Below are positions 38,419 through 51,020 of a stretch of DNA of 57,159 bases, one piece after another. Origin of the DNA: Moniliella sp. 'wahieum' (lineage: Eukaryota); the NCBI GenBank assembly GCA_003971905.1, contig RSEE01000148.1, positions 62,001 through 119,159 on the forward strand. Direction: 5' to 3'. Position 1 is the first letter of the stretch; every line of letters starts with the position of its first letter. The translations under genes and the position numbers were made by a program. The notes under the pieces are model-generated. The model worked only from the letters and a program-made list of their open reading frames with translations. It was not told where the DNA came from and made no database searches.

Positions 38419-38978
38419 CCTGACTCCTACCCGGCTTCGTGCCATCTCGACTCGTTCCCTAACTCGCTGCTTCCCTCTCTGCCCCTCGCCTTGAAGCTTG
38501 ATCCCCGGTACTTCTCTCTGCCACAAACCGTACTTTGTCGCCAGTCCGATTGCTCGGCCAACACAACAGACGATCTTTTCACACTACAATATGCCGAGAG
38601 AGCACCGAACTGGGTTCCTCATCTGTTTCGCTGTTTCCTGGATTGCCTATGGTTATGGTTGGATCCCCAACCCAGTCTCAAGACTCATTGGTGTTGAAGA
38701 CGCATATGCAAGAAGGCACTCTCAGAAAGACGTCAACGAGCTCAAGCAAGCTCCTCAGTCTTGAAGCTTGACGCGCCTTTTAACATCTCCAGTGACGGTG
38801 GCTACTTTCCTTACCAAGTAGGGTTTGCCGCCTGACTCCTACCCGGCTTCGTGCCATATCAATATCACTGCTCACCTACCTCGCTGCTCCCCACTCTGCC
38901 CCTCGCCTTGATCCCCGGTGCTTCTCTCTGCCACAGACCGTAGTTTGTCCCCAGTCCGATTGCTCGGCCAACGCAACA
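38419..38978 (+). repeat. Pair of diverged ~150-bp direct repeats (38419-38568 and 38831-38978)
   Basis: Both copies start CCTGACTCCTACCCGGCTTCGTGCCAT and share CTCTGCCCCTCGCCTTGA, TCCCCGGT.CTTCTCTCTGCCACA.ACCGTA.TTTGTC and CCAGTCCGATTGCTCGGCCAAC.CAACA. Confidence 0.9.
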
Positions 38979-39707
38979 ATCCAGCGCCTATATTCGGAGG
39001 ATTCGCCGGTGAGGTCATCGATTCAATATTCATCCCTGAGGCTGCGGGCCTACTGCCTAATGCCCCGCGTCGAGATACGCGCGTGGATAGATTGGGTGCC
39101 AACCAGAAAAAGACGGTTAACCCTCAGGGTCTGATTCTCAGGTCGCAGGGCCTCAGGGCGGGCCTTTGGGCTGGCCCCAGGCAGGCGCCTGGCAGGCCTC
39201 AGGCCTCAGGACGAGATGGGCGCGTGGGCAGTGTACTCCCACCGCCTGGCCTGCGGGGGGACTTGGTCACTACCACTCTTCCGTGCGCGCGTTTCTCGAA
39301 CTGTGTCCTGCCTCCCACGGGGGGGCAGCAGTGTGGATTCGGACTGAACCCGTCGGTAGGCATCACATGTCACCATGTCACAGCGCGAGAGGCAGGCATC
39401 GAGCTAGTCACTGGTTATCACTAGACTAGATCACTCGATCACTAGATCACTCGCCCTCAACACTTTGTGTCGCACCGGACCTGGCCTGTGTGTGTTTTTT
39501 TTTTGGGGCCTGGCTTGTGCGAATCGTTTCAGATGATGCATGCCACAGTGCCACCCCCTCTTTCTCTGGCCTCTTTCCGTATTCGTCGTCATCGACCTAA
39601 CCCTCGACGCTGCTCTGGCCCCTGTTTTGCCTGTTGCCTCCTTCCCTCTCCTCCTTCCATCTCCTCCTTTCCTCTCCCACCACCTCCACCCCCACCTCGT
39701 TGTCACC

Positions 39708-40764
39708 ATGTCCATCCCGTCCATCCCCACCCTGGCCGACGCCTCTGCCCCGCCCAACCCGGAATCCATCGGCGTGTTCCCCGCCTGGTCCCAGAGCCCC
39801 AACATGGTCCTCGTCCGCATCGAAGGCCACATCAATCCCACCACCGACTTGCGTGCTGTGGTACGTTTCATTCTCCCCTGTCCGCTCGCTCTCGCTTGCC
39901 TTCCCCCCCCCTCTCCTTTTCCCCGCTTTCTTGGGTGCCCACGTACCAGTGGTAAAGCTTGGCGCTAACCTTGTCCCCGGATTCCTCTTCTCCACTTTGC
40001 TTTGCTTTGCTGTGCTTTGCTCTTCTGTACTTCCGTTTCCTCCTTACCCTCTTCCCATGTGGGTCCGAAGAACGGCGTGACGGGGAAGATTCTGTTCCGG
40101 TTCAAAAAGTCCGAGACGCGGGAAGAAGGTACGCTTTCGTTGAAGCGGGTCACGTTTGTGGTGCAAGACCGGGAGGGGAAAGAACTGTTGCATGTGATCC
40201 AATCGGCCGCGGCGTTATTTGGTACCGAAGGTGGATGGAAGATTACGAATGCGGAAACGGGTGAGGTGGTGTGCAAGTTGCAACATCATTTGTTGAGTTT
40301 GGATGTGCTCAAGCCTCGTCGCGCGATTTATGCCACGTTTGCCAATACTGCTGCCGGAGAGGCTGGGGGAAAGCAGGCAAGGTACCGAGCAAGACGGTAC
40401 AGTTGCACCCGGTCAATGGGGTCGGCGAATGGGACATTAAACAAGACGACAAACATACCCTGCTTCAAATTGTTGAACCTTTGGCAGCTAATAATGTCCA
40501 TGCTACCGTTCCCAGTATGTTCTTCATTTCTCTCTCTAACCCTCTTTTTCTCCCTCTTTGGCTCTTTGGCTCTCTGCTCTGTCTCTCTCTCTGCAGCCGC
40601 ACTAACTGACCGCACCGTACTCCACTCCAGTCCCGCCCTACGCCGACGTGCTACTGTTCACCACACTCGGCTTGATCGCACGGCAAGAAGATGTGCACAG
40701 CCTACAATCCCCTCGCGGCGTTATCATGGACAACTATGCCGCCGGCAGTTCCATGAACAAGTAA
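39708..40764 (+). CDS. LURP-one-related / Tubby-C-like (scramblase-fold) protein, putative
   Basis: MSIPSIP...SIGVFPAWS...VLVRIEG...LRAV, intron 39861-40070, then NGVTGKILF...VQDREGKELL...IYATFAN, intron 40515-40630, then IPPYADVLLFTTLGLI...MNK* (TAA 40762-40764). A beta-rich core followed by a terminal hydrophobic helix resembles LOR proteins. One frameshift near 40390. Confidence 0.55.
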
Positions 40765-42210
40765 CCGCGCCAACGAGAGTCAACGAGAGCCACCGACTCA
40801 ACGAGCCAACGCGCGCCAATGCGCCAACGAGCCAATGACCAACGCGCCGACGAGCCCAGCAGTATACACCAGTAAACCAGTAAACCAGTACCCCCCGCGC
40901 CCTCGTTCCTGTGTTTGACGTGTGCGTGTACGCTACGGGCTGGGTAGGTAGGTAGGTTGGCGTTTGGAGGTCCTGGATCAATGATCATTCGATGGCTCTT
41001 TTTTTGCGTTGTGTTGGTTTTGCCGTTGAGTTTGTCGCTGGGGTCCTATCCCCCCTATGCCCCCCCTATGCGCTATATCTATCCCCCTATTCGTCCCCCT
41101 ATACATATTTTTGGTGGACCCTCCGATATAGAACTAAGAGATACATCTTGATTTTTCACTGTGTGCGCAGTGACTAGTGACCGTCCTGGCATGTTGAGCC
41201 CGATAGTTGGTGTCCCGTGCAACCTCAGTCCTCGTCCTGCCTGCGCTGAAGACTTTAGCTCGTTAGTTCGCCCCCCCCGCTCCCGCTCTCTCGTTCCTGC
41301 CACCCACCTCAGCGATGGATGTTATGGCTTGACCTGCACGTCCATCGCCCCTTGTATCTGTGCATTGGCGACGGCGAGCGTCGAGAGTCGAACGTCGAGA
41401 GTCGAGAGCGGCAGTTGCGTATGTGTGCCCTTGGCGCCGGCGCGGAGTGGATCGGTTGGGAAGGTTGGGAAGGTTGGGGTAGGTGTACCGTTCGAACCGA
41501 TGTCTGCGTGGATACTTCTGCATGCACTACGACCATGTAGTAGTACGAATATAGGTGCCGTTTTGGGTACGCTGTGCGGCCACGCACTGCCTTCGACTTG
41601 AGACTTTGGCTGGACAGGGTATTACCTCACTTCAACGTCTTCAACAGACGACCCAAAGCGCACACCTTTTGGTAATCCACCTCTGGCTCTCATCTCCACC
41701 CAGACCAGGCCCACAAGGCCACACTACCCACAGCTATAGCACGCGTACGAGTACGTCGTGTGTCTTTTGGTGCCAGAAAAGGTGGACGCCATATATATCG
41801 CCATATAGCCTGGGACTGGGCCTGGACGGGGACGGGGACTGGAACGGGGACTGGAACGGGGAGAGAGACCAACCTCAATGTGCCCTGGACAAGAGAGAGA
41901 GAACGGGACAAGAGGCCCTAACGAGACACGCCAGTCACCCGCCTCAAAGAGAGAGAGAAGAGAAAGACCGAGAGAGCCATAGTCGGTGAAAAGGGGACAG
42001 TAAAAGAGCGGAGAACGAGGGCAAAAGAAAACAGGAAAAAAAAAGGCCACCAACAAGCCTACCAAGGCCACATAGAGAGGGGGAAAAAAAAAAGTACTGT
42101 CTGAAGCGGACATGGGACGCTGGACGCTGGACGCTGGGCGCATATCAGAAGGATGCATAGCACCAAGACCATAGGGTGACGGGAGGGAACGGAACAGCGT
42201 AACCAATTCG

Positions 42211-42312
42211 GTAGGTAGGTAGTAGGGAAGGAGGGAGGAAGGTAGGGTTATAGGTAGGTAAGGAGGTAGGAAAGTAGGTAGGTAAGAAGGTAGGGAGGGA
42301 GGGAGGGAGGGA
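42211..42312. repeat. Purine-rich AGGT/AGGG microsatellite
   Basis: GTAGGTAGGTAGTAGGGAAGGAGGGAGGAAGGTAGGG...GGAGGGAGGGAGGG downstream of the Cu-ATPase gene. Confidence 0.8.
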
Positions 42313-42782
42313 GTATACTGTGTTGGGGGTAAGATGCATAGTTGTGTAACAAGCCAAGGCTACGCCTACCCTACCCCCATCCCATCAGGGAGAAAGGGAA
42401 GAAAGGAGGTAACCGTAAACGCAAAGAAAAGAGGGCCAGCATCCTAAACTCAACTACCTTGGCTCTCCCAGTCTGCCCACCATACATCCGCCATCGACCG
42501 TACTCGGCAAGGCAGACGTCCACCGGGCAGACGTCCAGCCAGGCAGCCAGGCAGACAGGCAGACAGGCAATACCCAGCGAGGCAAAGAGGCCAGCGAAAC
42601 GAGACCCACGTGCCCCGTCTCAGCGAGGGGCGAGGGAGGACGAGCGGGACACATGGGACACTCAAGCTTCTCAAGACACTGGACCCATCTCGCGGTCAGG
42701 CACGCACGTCGGAGCGCGCGCGCATTTCCACCTGTCCCCTCCGCATCCCCATCACCATCAGCATCAGGATCAGCATCGTCAG

Positions 42783-42902
42783 CTACGCGGGCGTACCCGC
42801 GCGGGCTGCTGCTGGCCAGCCAGGGGAACCACGTGCGCCAGGCGACGGACGACCAAGGTGCCCATGGAGCGGCCGTATCTGGGTGCAGTCCCGCCTGTTG
42901 TT

Positions 42903-42937
<35 letters not shown>

Positions 42938-45900
42938 GCCCGTGGGGGAGTGGGAGGGGCTGAGTGAGCTGATCCGGTCTGTGCCAGAATCGCAACGTCA
43001 ACGAGGAGAGGACGACCGAGACGGACGAGAAAGCCATGAGGGCGGAAGCTAGCATGGGAGGAAGGTGAATGCCCCAGGGAAGGAGGATACCCATAGCCAA
43101 CGGGATGGCCACTAAGTTGTACCCTGTAGCCCAGAGGAAGTTGAGGTGAATTTGGCGTAGGATGCGACGGGATAACAGTACGGCTGCTACCACTCGCGTA
43201 GATCGTTTCGCATCAACACTACGTCCGCAGCTTCCATCGCCACGTCCGTCCCGCTTGCCAGGGCGATCCCGACGTCCGCACAGGCTAGCGGGGCGAATCG
43301 TTCACCCCGTCCCCGACGAAGGCTAAGGTCGCACGGGGCGAAGCGATGGGCGAAGCAACCCAGCCTCCGCACCAGCGTTCCCTCCTCCTCCGCCTCGCAG
43401 CTTGCGCGAGCGAAGCAGCATCACCAGTTCCACCAGCAGCACCAGCAGCACCAGCATCGCCATCAGCTCCACCAGCAGAAGAAGAAAAGAAGGAGGACCC
43501 TGGCTCGTCCGATACGTCCCACACGTGGTCCTCTTGCAACTCGCGCACCAACGCCGCCTTGCCCGCGGGGGACACAGCGGCGTACACGTGACTTTGGTCG
43601 ATTCCGACTTGACGCGCAACAGCTAGGGCGGTACTGCGCGCGTCGCCTGTGACCATGGAGGACTGAATGCCCCACTGAGCCAAGAGACGTACGACCAAAG
43701 CAGCTTCCGGTTTGAGTGTATCGCTCAAGGCGAATGCGCAGCACGCCGAGCCGTCCACGCCGACGTGCACGACCGTCTGGCCTTGCGTTTGGTACTTGTG
43801 CGCAAAGGAGAGCAGGGTAGCAGGCGCAGACTGCCATGGTCTGCGAAAGGTGCGCCAGCGTGCCAATGGCTAACGTGTGGGTCGTGTCCTGCGCCGTACG
43901 TACTTGAGCTACCACCCCGGCGCCAGGGACCGACTCAAATTGAATCACCTGCGCACTGTCATCTTCTCCACGGGGTTCTGCTCCTATTCCTTCCGGGTCC
44001 TGCTCTTGTTCTTTGATTTCTTGCTCTTGCTCCGTGGTTTCGGGTTGGTGGTGTGCGCGGCGCGAGGGCGAGGCAGTAAAGGCAGTCAAAGCCTTGGCCA
44101 GCGGATGCTCCGATAAGCGTTCCACCGCATGGATCATAGCCAAGACGGTAGTGTGGTGCGCATCGTAACGCAGAGTGTTGTCCATGGTGGTGTCCGTGTT
44201 GGTGTCGGAGTCAGAGTCAGCCCAGGCCAGGTGCTGCACCGAAAGGCGACCGACAGAAGGTGCCCGTCTTATCAAACAAGACGCGGCGAATGGAGTGGCT
44301 TGCCTCGAGTGCCGGAGCGTCCTTGATCAAAATCCCTTTTGGGCGCCGGTGCCTGTGCCGACCATGACGGCTGTGGGGGTGGAGAGGCCCAAGCACAAGG
44401 ACACGCAACGACAACGACAGAGATGCAGAGTTTGAGACAGACCATGGTACTGGACATGCTTCCGGTGACAAAAGCGGAAGGGAGTAGCGTAGGCGGTAAG
44501 ATCCAGTGCACCAAAGCCATCCAGACGAGAAACGTGCCCAAAGCCAAGCTCACTACGACAGGAACAAAGATCGCTGCGACGCGATCGGCAAAGCTTGGAT
44601 TGGAGCTTTGCTCGCCTGCGCTTCTTGCACCAAAAAGAAACGACTTGCGCCAACGCCGTCTCCTTCCCCACCCGCGTCACACGTACATCCAACGTGCCCG
44701 TTACCCCATTCACCGTACCGGCACTCACACGCGCTCCGGGCTTCTTGCTCACGGGCAAATCTCGCCCGTCAACATCGACTCGTCCACCTCGCTCACCCCA
44801 CGTTCCACCGTCCCATCAGCCGGCACCTTGGTACCCGGCAAGACCTTGAGCAAATCGCCCACTTGCAACAGGTCGCTGGCAATTTGCCTTCGGCCGCGCC
44901 GGTACCCGTGGGATCCGTGTAAATCGTCGCGACGCTCGGGGCCAAACTGATTAGCGGATAAGGATTCGCTCGTTTTGCCCTTGGCGTTTCTAGGTACCGA
45001 CCGAGTGAGACAAAACGTGATGAGCATCACCGAGGTATCAAAGAACGTAGCGGGCGGCATGCACATGCCAGAGGCATCGCCATACCAGGCGCCGCGGTGG
45101 TTGATGTGGTGGTGGATCGGTGGCAGCGGCCATGGTCATGCCAGCTGATGTGCCTGCCAACGCGTCGGTAGGACATCCGATCCACAACGAGACCAACAGC
45201 GAAACGATACTAAATGTAAACGCCGCCGTTGTGCCAAACACACGAGACACATCCATGTTGGCCGCGCCGTGGCGGAGCGCCTTTGGCCGAGCGGTAAAAT
45301 TGAGCGCCCAAACCAAATTGGACGGGAGGACGAGTGCGAGGACCAGCAGATCTTAAGGAAACAGTCCGGGCCACAATTGCCATACAACCATCTGCGTGCC
45401 CATGCGACCTTCATCAAAACCATATTGATCAGCATGACTGGCAGGGCAAAGCTCAATGCGATCCAGAACGACCTGCGCCACTTGACAGCCTCTTCGACGC
45501 GGCTCAAAGACCGCAACTGGTCGTATTGCTCTCGTCGTACACGACCGCATCAAATCCCCATTCTTCAATTGCCTCTACGAGCACACGTACGCCCGCCACC
45601 TTGGCACGGTCGAACGGATGCGCGCCTGGTTGAGCATGAGGTTGACCGACGCTTCCTCGACGCCCGGCAGGCATCGAGACCTTGTGGATGGTCGCGCTGC
45701 AGGAGGCACACGTCATGCCGTGGACTTGGAGGACGACAGTCTGGCTGCCTGAGCCCGAGCCCGAGCCGAGCCCGAGGAGCCCGGTACCGTGGGCGGACTA
45801 CCAGACTCTGGCTGGAGCGAAGCAGGCTCGGCCTCAAAACCCAATATCGTCAATCCTCGGCGAGCTTGGCGGGCGTCCAGGCCCGAGTCGGCGGCGTAGG

Positions 45901-46149
45901 TGATGAGCGCACGCTCGGTGATGAGCGCGACGCTGGCGTCGTGCACGCCCGGCAGGCTGCGGAGCATGCCTTCGATCGTCTGCAGCGCAAACGGGGGGAG
46001 AGGGTTAGCGGTTCGTGGTTCGGGGGGACGGAGGGTGGAGCGGCAGGGGACGTACGGCGACACAGGAGGCACAGGTCATGCCGTGCACGACGAGGACGCA
46101 GGTGGCGAGTGTCGGGCGCGGGCGGGGCATGCGCATGGGCAGCAGCCAT
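42783..46149 (-). CDS. CCC2: Copper-transporting P1B-1 ATPase (Ccc2/ATP7 family); apparently intronless
   Basis: Two HMA motifs (GMTCASC, MTCASC). Also [35 protein letters not shown] (VVACPC), phosphorylation [26 protein letters not shown] (GYNLVAIP) and [13 protein letters not shown]-terminal polyQ. Many frameshifts; exact stop uncertain. Confidence 0.93.
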
Positions 46150-46971
46150 GGCGGCGGCGGCGTGGGGGTGGTGGGGATGGGATGGAGATGGGATGGAGAT
46201 GGAGAGGATGAGGATGAGGATGAGGTGTGGCGGTGGGGGTGCTTTGCTTGCTGAGCACTGCGGGGGGGTTGATGGGTGAGGGCGGTGGGTGATGCGCGTG
46301 CGTCGGATGGCTGCATGCCGGTCGCCTCCGTGCAGCGCTGACCTAATCTGATGATCAGATTGCTGCGGCGCACATCACACTCCGGTCACAGGCTGGTTGC
46401 ACGCATCACCTTCCCATCACCCCGTCCCTCTTCCTCCCTCGCTAGTCACTAGTCACTACACTTGGCTTTGTTCCCCATAGCGCATACCGCAGGAAAACGG
46501 AACGGCCGGGGCGGTGGCGGTGGATCTGGATCCCATATTCCGATCCGGAAGACAAGGCGACTAGTAGTGAGATAGCGACCAGCACGGCGCGTGTGTGTGT
46601 GCCTGGGCCGGTGCAAGCCCCCGCAGCCCCCGCTAGGGTTACTTGGCAGGGCGGCCGATAGCCAACCCTAACCTCAATCAGCTGCGTGCGTCCAATCAGA
46701 GCGCAGGCGATGCGTGACAGTGATCTCCCTCTCTCCTCCGCTCCAGTGCCTTGGAGCTTAGCCCCGCCCAGTCACCGCCATCGCCATCGCCATCGCCATT
46801 GCCATTGCCATTGCCATCGCCACCACCGTCACCGCCATCACTACCACCGCCACCACCACCACCCCACTCCTTCCCCTACCACCCCACCACCACCTCCTCC
46901 TCCTCCTCCTCCTTCCGACAGGTGCCCTACGCCGCTCGGCGTTGGTCCGCAGCCTGTCCCCTCTCTCTGGC

Positions 46972-49929
46972 ATGTCCACCCTGCGGCGTGCGAGTGCACG
47001 GTCCTTTCCAGCCTGCGTGCGCGTGCCGGGACGCCTGCGTCGGCGGACCCGTTGGTGCGCATCGATGGCCTCGACCCCGACACGTGGGCCATCGTCATGT
47101 GGTTGCCTGCCCAGCAGACGGCCGTGCTCAGTAACACGGTTTCCATCTTTGTGCCGTTTGGGAGTACTGCGTCTTGTTCCCCAGCGAGGTGCAGATGTAC
47201 GTTGTGTGCTTCTTCTTCTTTTGAGTCCCTTTTTCTTTTGCCCCCAAATCCTACCTTTGTGTTTCTGTTTCTGCTTCTTCTTCGGATACTGACCATGACC
47301 ATGACAATGACGATGATGATGATGATGCAGATGGCGGCGGATGCTGCGCAGCAAACCGTTCCGATGGCACTTTGCGCCAATTATGACGCTGGTGCTACGC
47401 TACCTCCTGATCGTATTTGCGTTCAACGATGCGTTTACGCAGTGGAGCACATCCAACACAGACTTTGAATGTGCGTTGCAGAGCGTGCTGTTCTGCGGTA
47501 CGAACGTGCTGCTGAGCACGTGTGCGGTGGTGGCCATGGCGTGGCGGACGAACGCCGTAGTACGTGGGGTGATCCAACAACCTGCACGTCGCCTGGCCAT
47601 GCAGACTCTACTGGGCATACTCTTTGGCCAACGTGGCGATCTGTTGGGTATTTTTGATCCAGGCCCAGTTCACTGGCTCTTGGTCCACACTGCCGTGCAC
47701 GGCGTCTGCCTCGCCTCCGCCACCGAGGAACTTACCCAGCCCGTCGCCGTCGCTCACGACATGGAGTTTTGGTACTACGTCGTGTCGATCCTGTTTGATG
47801 CGTACTGCGCTTTGACCATCACCTTGGCCCTCCGTCGCCTTGCAAGCCACAGCCACGGCTTCTCCAAATTGATCCACCAGTACGCACTCCTCCCCCCCCC
47901 GTCTCCGTCTCTTGATCGTCTCTTGATCGTCTTTTGATACCCCCCTCCCTCCACCCCCTCCTGCGCGCATCCAAATCCTCATTGTTCTAACTCACTTTTT
48001 CTCACTTTTTCTGTTGTTTGCCTGCGGCGGTAACAGACTGGTACTGCACAGCGTCGGGTACCTGGTCCTCATCCTGCTGCTCATGCTGCTCGGCATCATT
48101 TGGCTCCGCGTCCAAAACGCCTTTTTCGCAGCCAACTTTATCCAGATCATCCAGGCTGCCATCGTTGTCCGTATCCTCATCACCGAACAGGACCAGGCTC
48201 AGCACGCTCACGACGCAGAACCCTATCCTGCTGCTACACGTACGGGATCGTTTACCGACCACTCGCTATCGCTATCGCAGTCGCGGTCACGCTCGCGGTC
48301 ACGGTCACGCTCTTTCCGCCGCCACAGCCTCGCCGAGTCGTACCCGGGCCAGTCCGTCGCGTGCTCCGGGATCGAACTCCCCGAACCGCAACCTGCCAAC
48401 CCGCATGGCACGTACCACACTTCCCACTCTCCCCCCGATGCTTATCCCTATCCCGATCCCGGGGCGTACGCGTACGCCTACCCAGCTCCCGACACCCACA
48501 CCCACACGTACCCGCACACGCACACCCACCCGGACACGGAAAAGGATACAGACGAAGACAAGGACAAGGACAAGGACAAGGACAAGGACAAGGACAAGGA
48601 CAAGGATAGGGATTACGCATTACCTTATTGTCCGCAGGACGATCCTCTTCGCCCACCACTACCACGCACCAGCCTCGACATTACCCGGTGCACAACTCAT
48701 CCTACCTACCCCCCTCCCCCTCCCCATCCATACTCGTACTCGTATCCTCACCACGTTTCACCGCAGCTCACTTGCGCTTCCCCCTCACGACCTATCGCAC
48801 GACCTTTCGCACGACCTTTCGCACAGGGCGCTGCACGCGCCTTACCCCCCACTCCCGCTCCCACTGGGCAGCTACACCGCCACCGACCTACCTCGGCGCG
48901 CGGGACGGCACACGCGATACCCCCCGGCACCTCCGGCTCGGGCCAGTCAGGCGCATCTGGTACCTCAGCGTATCCGGTACCTCAGGCGCATCGGGTGACT
49001 CCGGAGCCAGGGGGGTTTGGCGGGGTGCGAACGTACCGGACGCGCGAATCGAAAACGAGTGGGAAAACGAGTGCGAGTGGAAAACGAGTGCCAGTGCAAG
49101 TGGGAGTGCAAGTGGGAGTGGGAGTGGGAGTGATAAGAGCAGTAAAGTCGAGGTGGATTCCCCCGATCCATGTCTTGCCCAAACGGACCCCCCACGATCA
49201 TCGCACACTCACACCCACGGGCACGGGCACGGGCACGGGCACGTACCCGCTGACGGGGACGCGTACACGTACGCTTCCGCCGACAGGGATAGGGATAGGG
49301 GCCAAGATGAGACGTACCACACCCACTTCCCACTTCCCCGTGGCCCTGTGCATGTGGATCGGTACGCTCCAGGTGCAGGTGCAGGTGTAGGTGCGGGTGC
49401 TCCTGACCGACCCCACGACTGGGACGGGACTCAGACCGCGGGCGGAGACTACACCAGAGACTGGGACTGGGATTGGACTGCCGACGGGGACCCACGCGGC
49501 AACCCACACGGCAACCCACACGGCAACCCACACGGCAACTCACACGGGAACCCACACGGGAACCCACACGGGGACCCACACGGGACCCCACACGGGGAGG
49601 AAGGGACGAGCAGGCCCGGCCGTGCGGAGGACAGTGCGGTACCTGCACGTCCGCCCCGCCGTCAGGTCGGACGTGCGTACGGCAAATTGGTCTGGTACGC
49701 TCGGCCCCGGCTAGGTCGAGTTGGACGTACGCTTCACCGCCTCTGCCTCCCCCACTGCCACCGGAAGCGGTACCGACAGAGTCGGTGTTGCCCTCGTGGT
49801 CTGCCCCCCCACGGTCTTGCTCCCTCGGATCGCGGTGGGACCGCTCCCGCTGGCGGTGGGACGGACCCCGCGCCGTACGTCTCCCCCCCGCCCAGGGGTT
49901 TCCCAGGAGCGGTGCCGCGCACGACGTGA
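46972..49929 (+). CDS. DUF6533-like multi-pass (7TM/GPCR-like) membrane protein with long repetitive C-terminal tail
   Basis: Intron 47197-47330 restores WEYCVLFPSEVQIWRRM...IMTLVLRYLL, resembling the fungal YDY..T...EV..IW...RY motif. Further hydrophobic helices include VVAMAWRTNAV, ILFDAYCALTITL and, after intron 47880-48036, LHSVGYLVLILLL. The tail has (DK)n, (GH)n and (GNPH)n repeats. Start and stop are uncertain because of frameshifts. Confidence 0.6.
49495..49595 (+). repeat. 12-bp tandem repeat (GGCAACCCACAC)n encoding GNPH
   Basis: About 8 units grading from GGCAACCCACAC to GGGAACCCACAC to GGGGACCCACAC. Confidence 0.85.
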
Positions 49930-51020
49930 TGCCCGTACCGGAGGGGACGGAGAGAGGGACGCGACGGACGCGACGGACGCGACGGATGAGACGGATTGAG
50001 GGATGCGGCGGATGAGAAGGATGTGAAGGATGGGGATGATGCCAAGGCGTGCGTGTCGGTGCGGTCGGTTTGTTTGGGTCGGACACGTGAATGTGCATGT
50101 GCCACGTGGGACATGGGACTTGGACCCAGATCTACCACATACCTTGCAGATCCACGTCCCAGATGCACCTCCCAGGTGCACGTGCCCGATCCACGTGCCA
50201 GATGCACGTATCAGATGCACGTCGCACCGTCCGACGTCTCTCCGCTGGCGTGGGTGCGTCGTGGTCGTGCGACGGCGGCCGGACACGCGCAGGAGACGGG
50301 TGAGGGGGGAGCGGTGGGACTGGCGACGTACCCAGTACCTCGTACCCAGTACTCCGTACCCAGGACCTCGTACCCCGTACCCAGTCCGGCGAGTACGACG
50401 GACAGCGTAGGATGTGCGATGTCCTCCCGCCGGCCCAGACACCCCAAGGCCCGTCGGGGCCGACCGGCCTGTGGTGTTGGCTTTTCTTTGCGTTGTTTGT
50501 TTTTGTTTTGTTTTGGTTTGATTTGGAGTAGGGCGTTTGTATGTGTGTGGACGTGGGTTGTACTTTTGTGTGTCGGGTGGGGTGTGTTTTGTTCTTCCCC
50601 CTTCGGTGGACCCTGCTCCGCTCTGCTCTTCTTGTTGCTCTTGTTGCTGTTGTTACTCTTGCCCACGTTGATGCTGTTGCCCACGGTGCTCCGCTTGGTG
50701 GGGGGGTGTTCTTGGTGGGGGTGGTGTTGCTAGGGGGTTGGTTGGTTGCATAGTACACTGGTGATGGATTGATACCTCTGCTACTGCACATCCACGGGGG
50801 AGTGTGATGTGGTGTCACATGTCACGTGCGCCCCACAGGCGGAATCCAGCGGAAGGCTGAAATGCGCTTCCGCCCCGGGGCGGAATGCTGCCTGGGGCGC
50901 CTCCTTCGGCCGTGCGATCCACCGCCGCACCACCATCTCTCTCTCGCCTAGGGCCGCCATCGCCACCACCACCACCACCGCCACCGCCGCCGTCGCCCCC
51001 CCCGCGGCGCCGTCGCCACC

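Noticed and set aside
32636..46149. CBR1, SCOT, LOR-like and Cu-ATPase as a functional gene cluster
   Set aside because: These are unrelated housekeeping functions with no backbone biosynthetic enzyme or shared pathway.
46633..46675. TAGGGTT / AACCCTAACC telomere-like words (also ~35715, ~37666)
   Set aside because: Isolated single or partial units with no tandem TTAGGG array.
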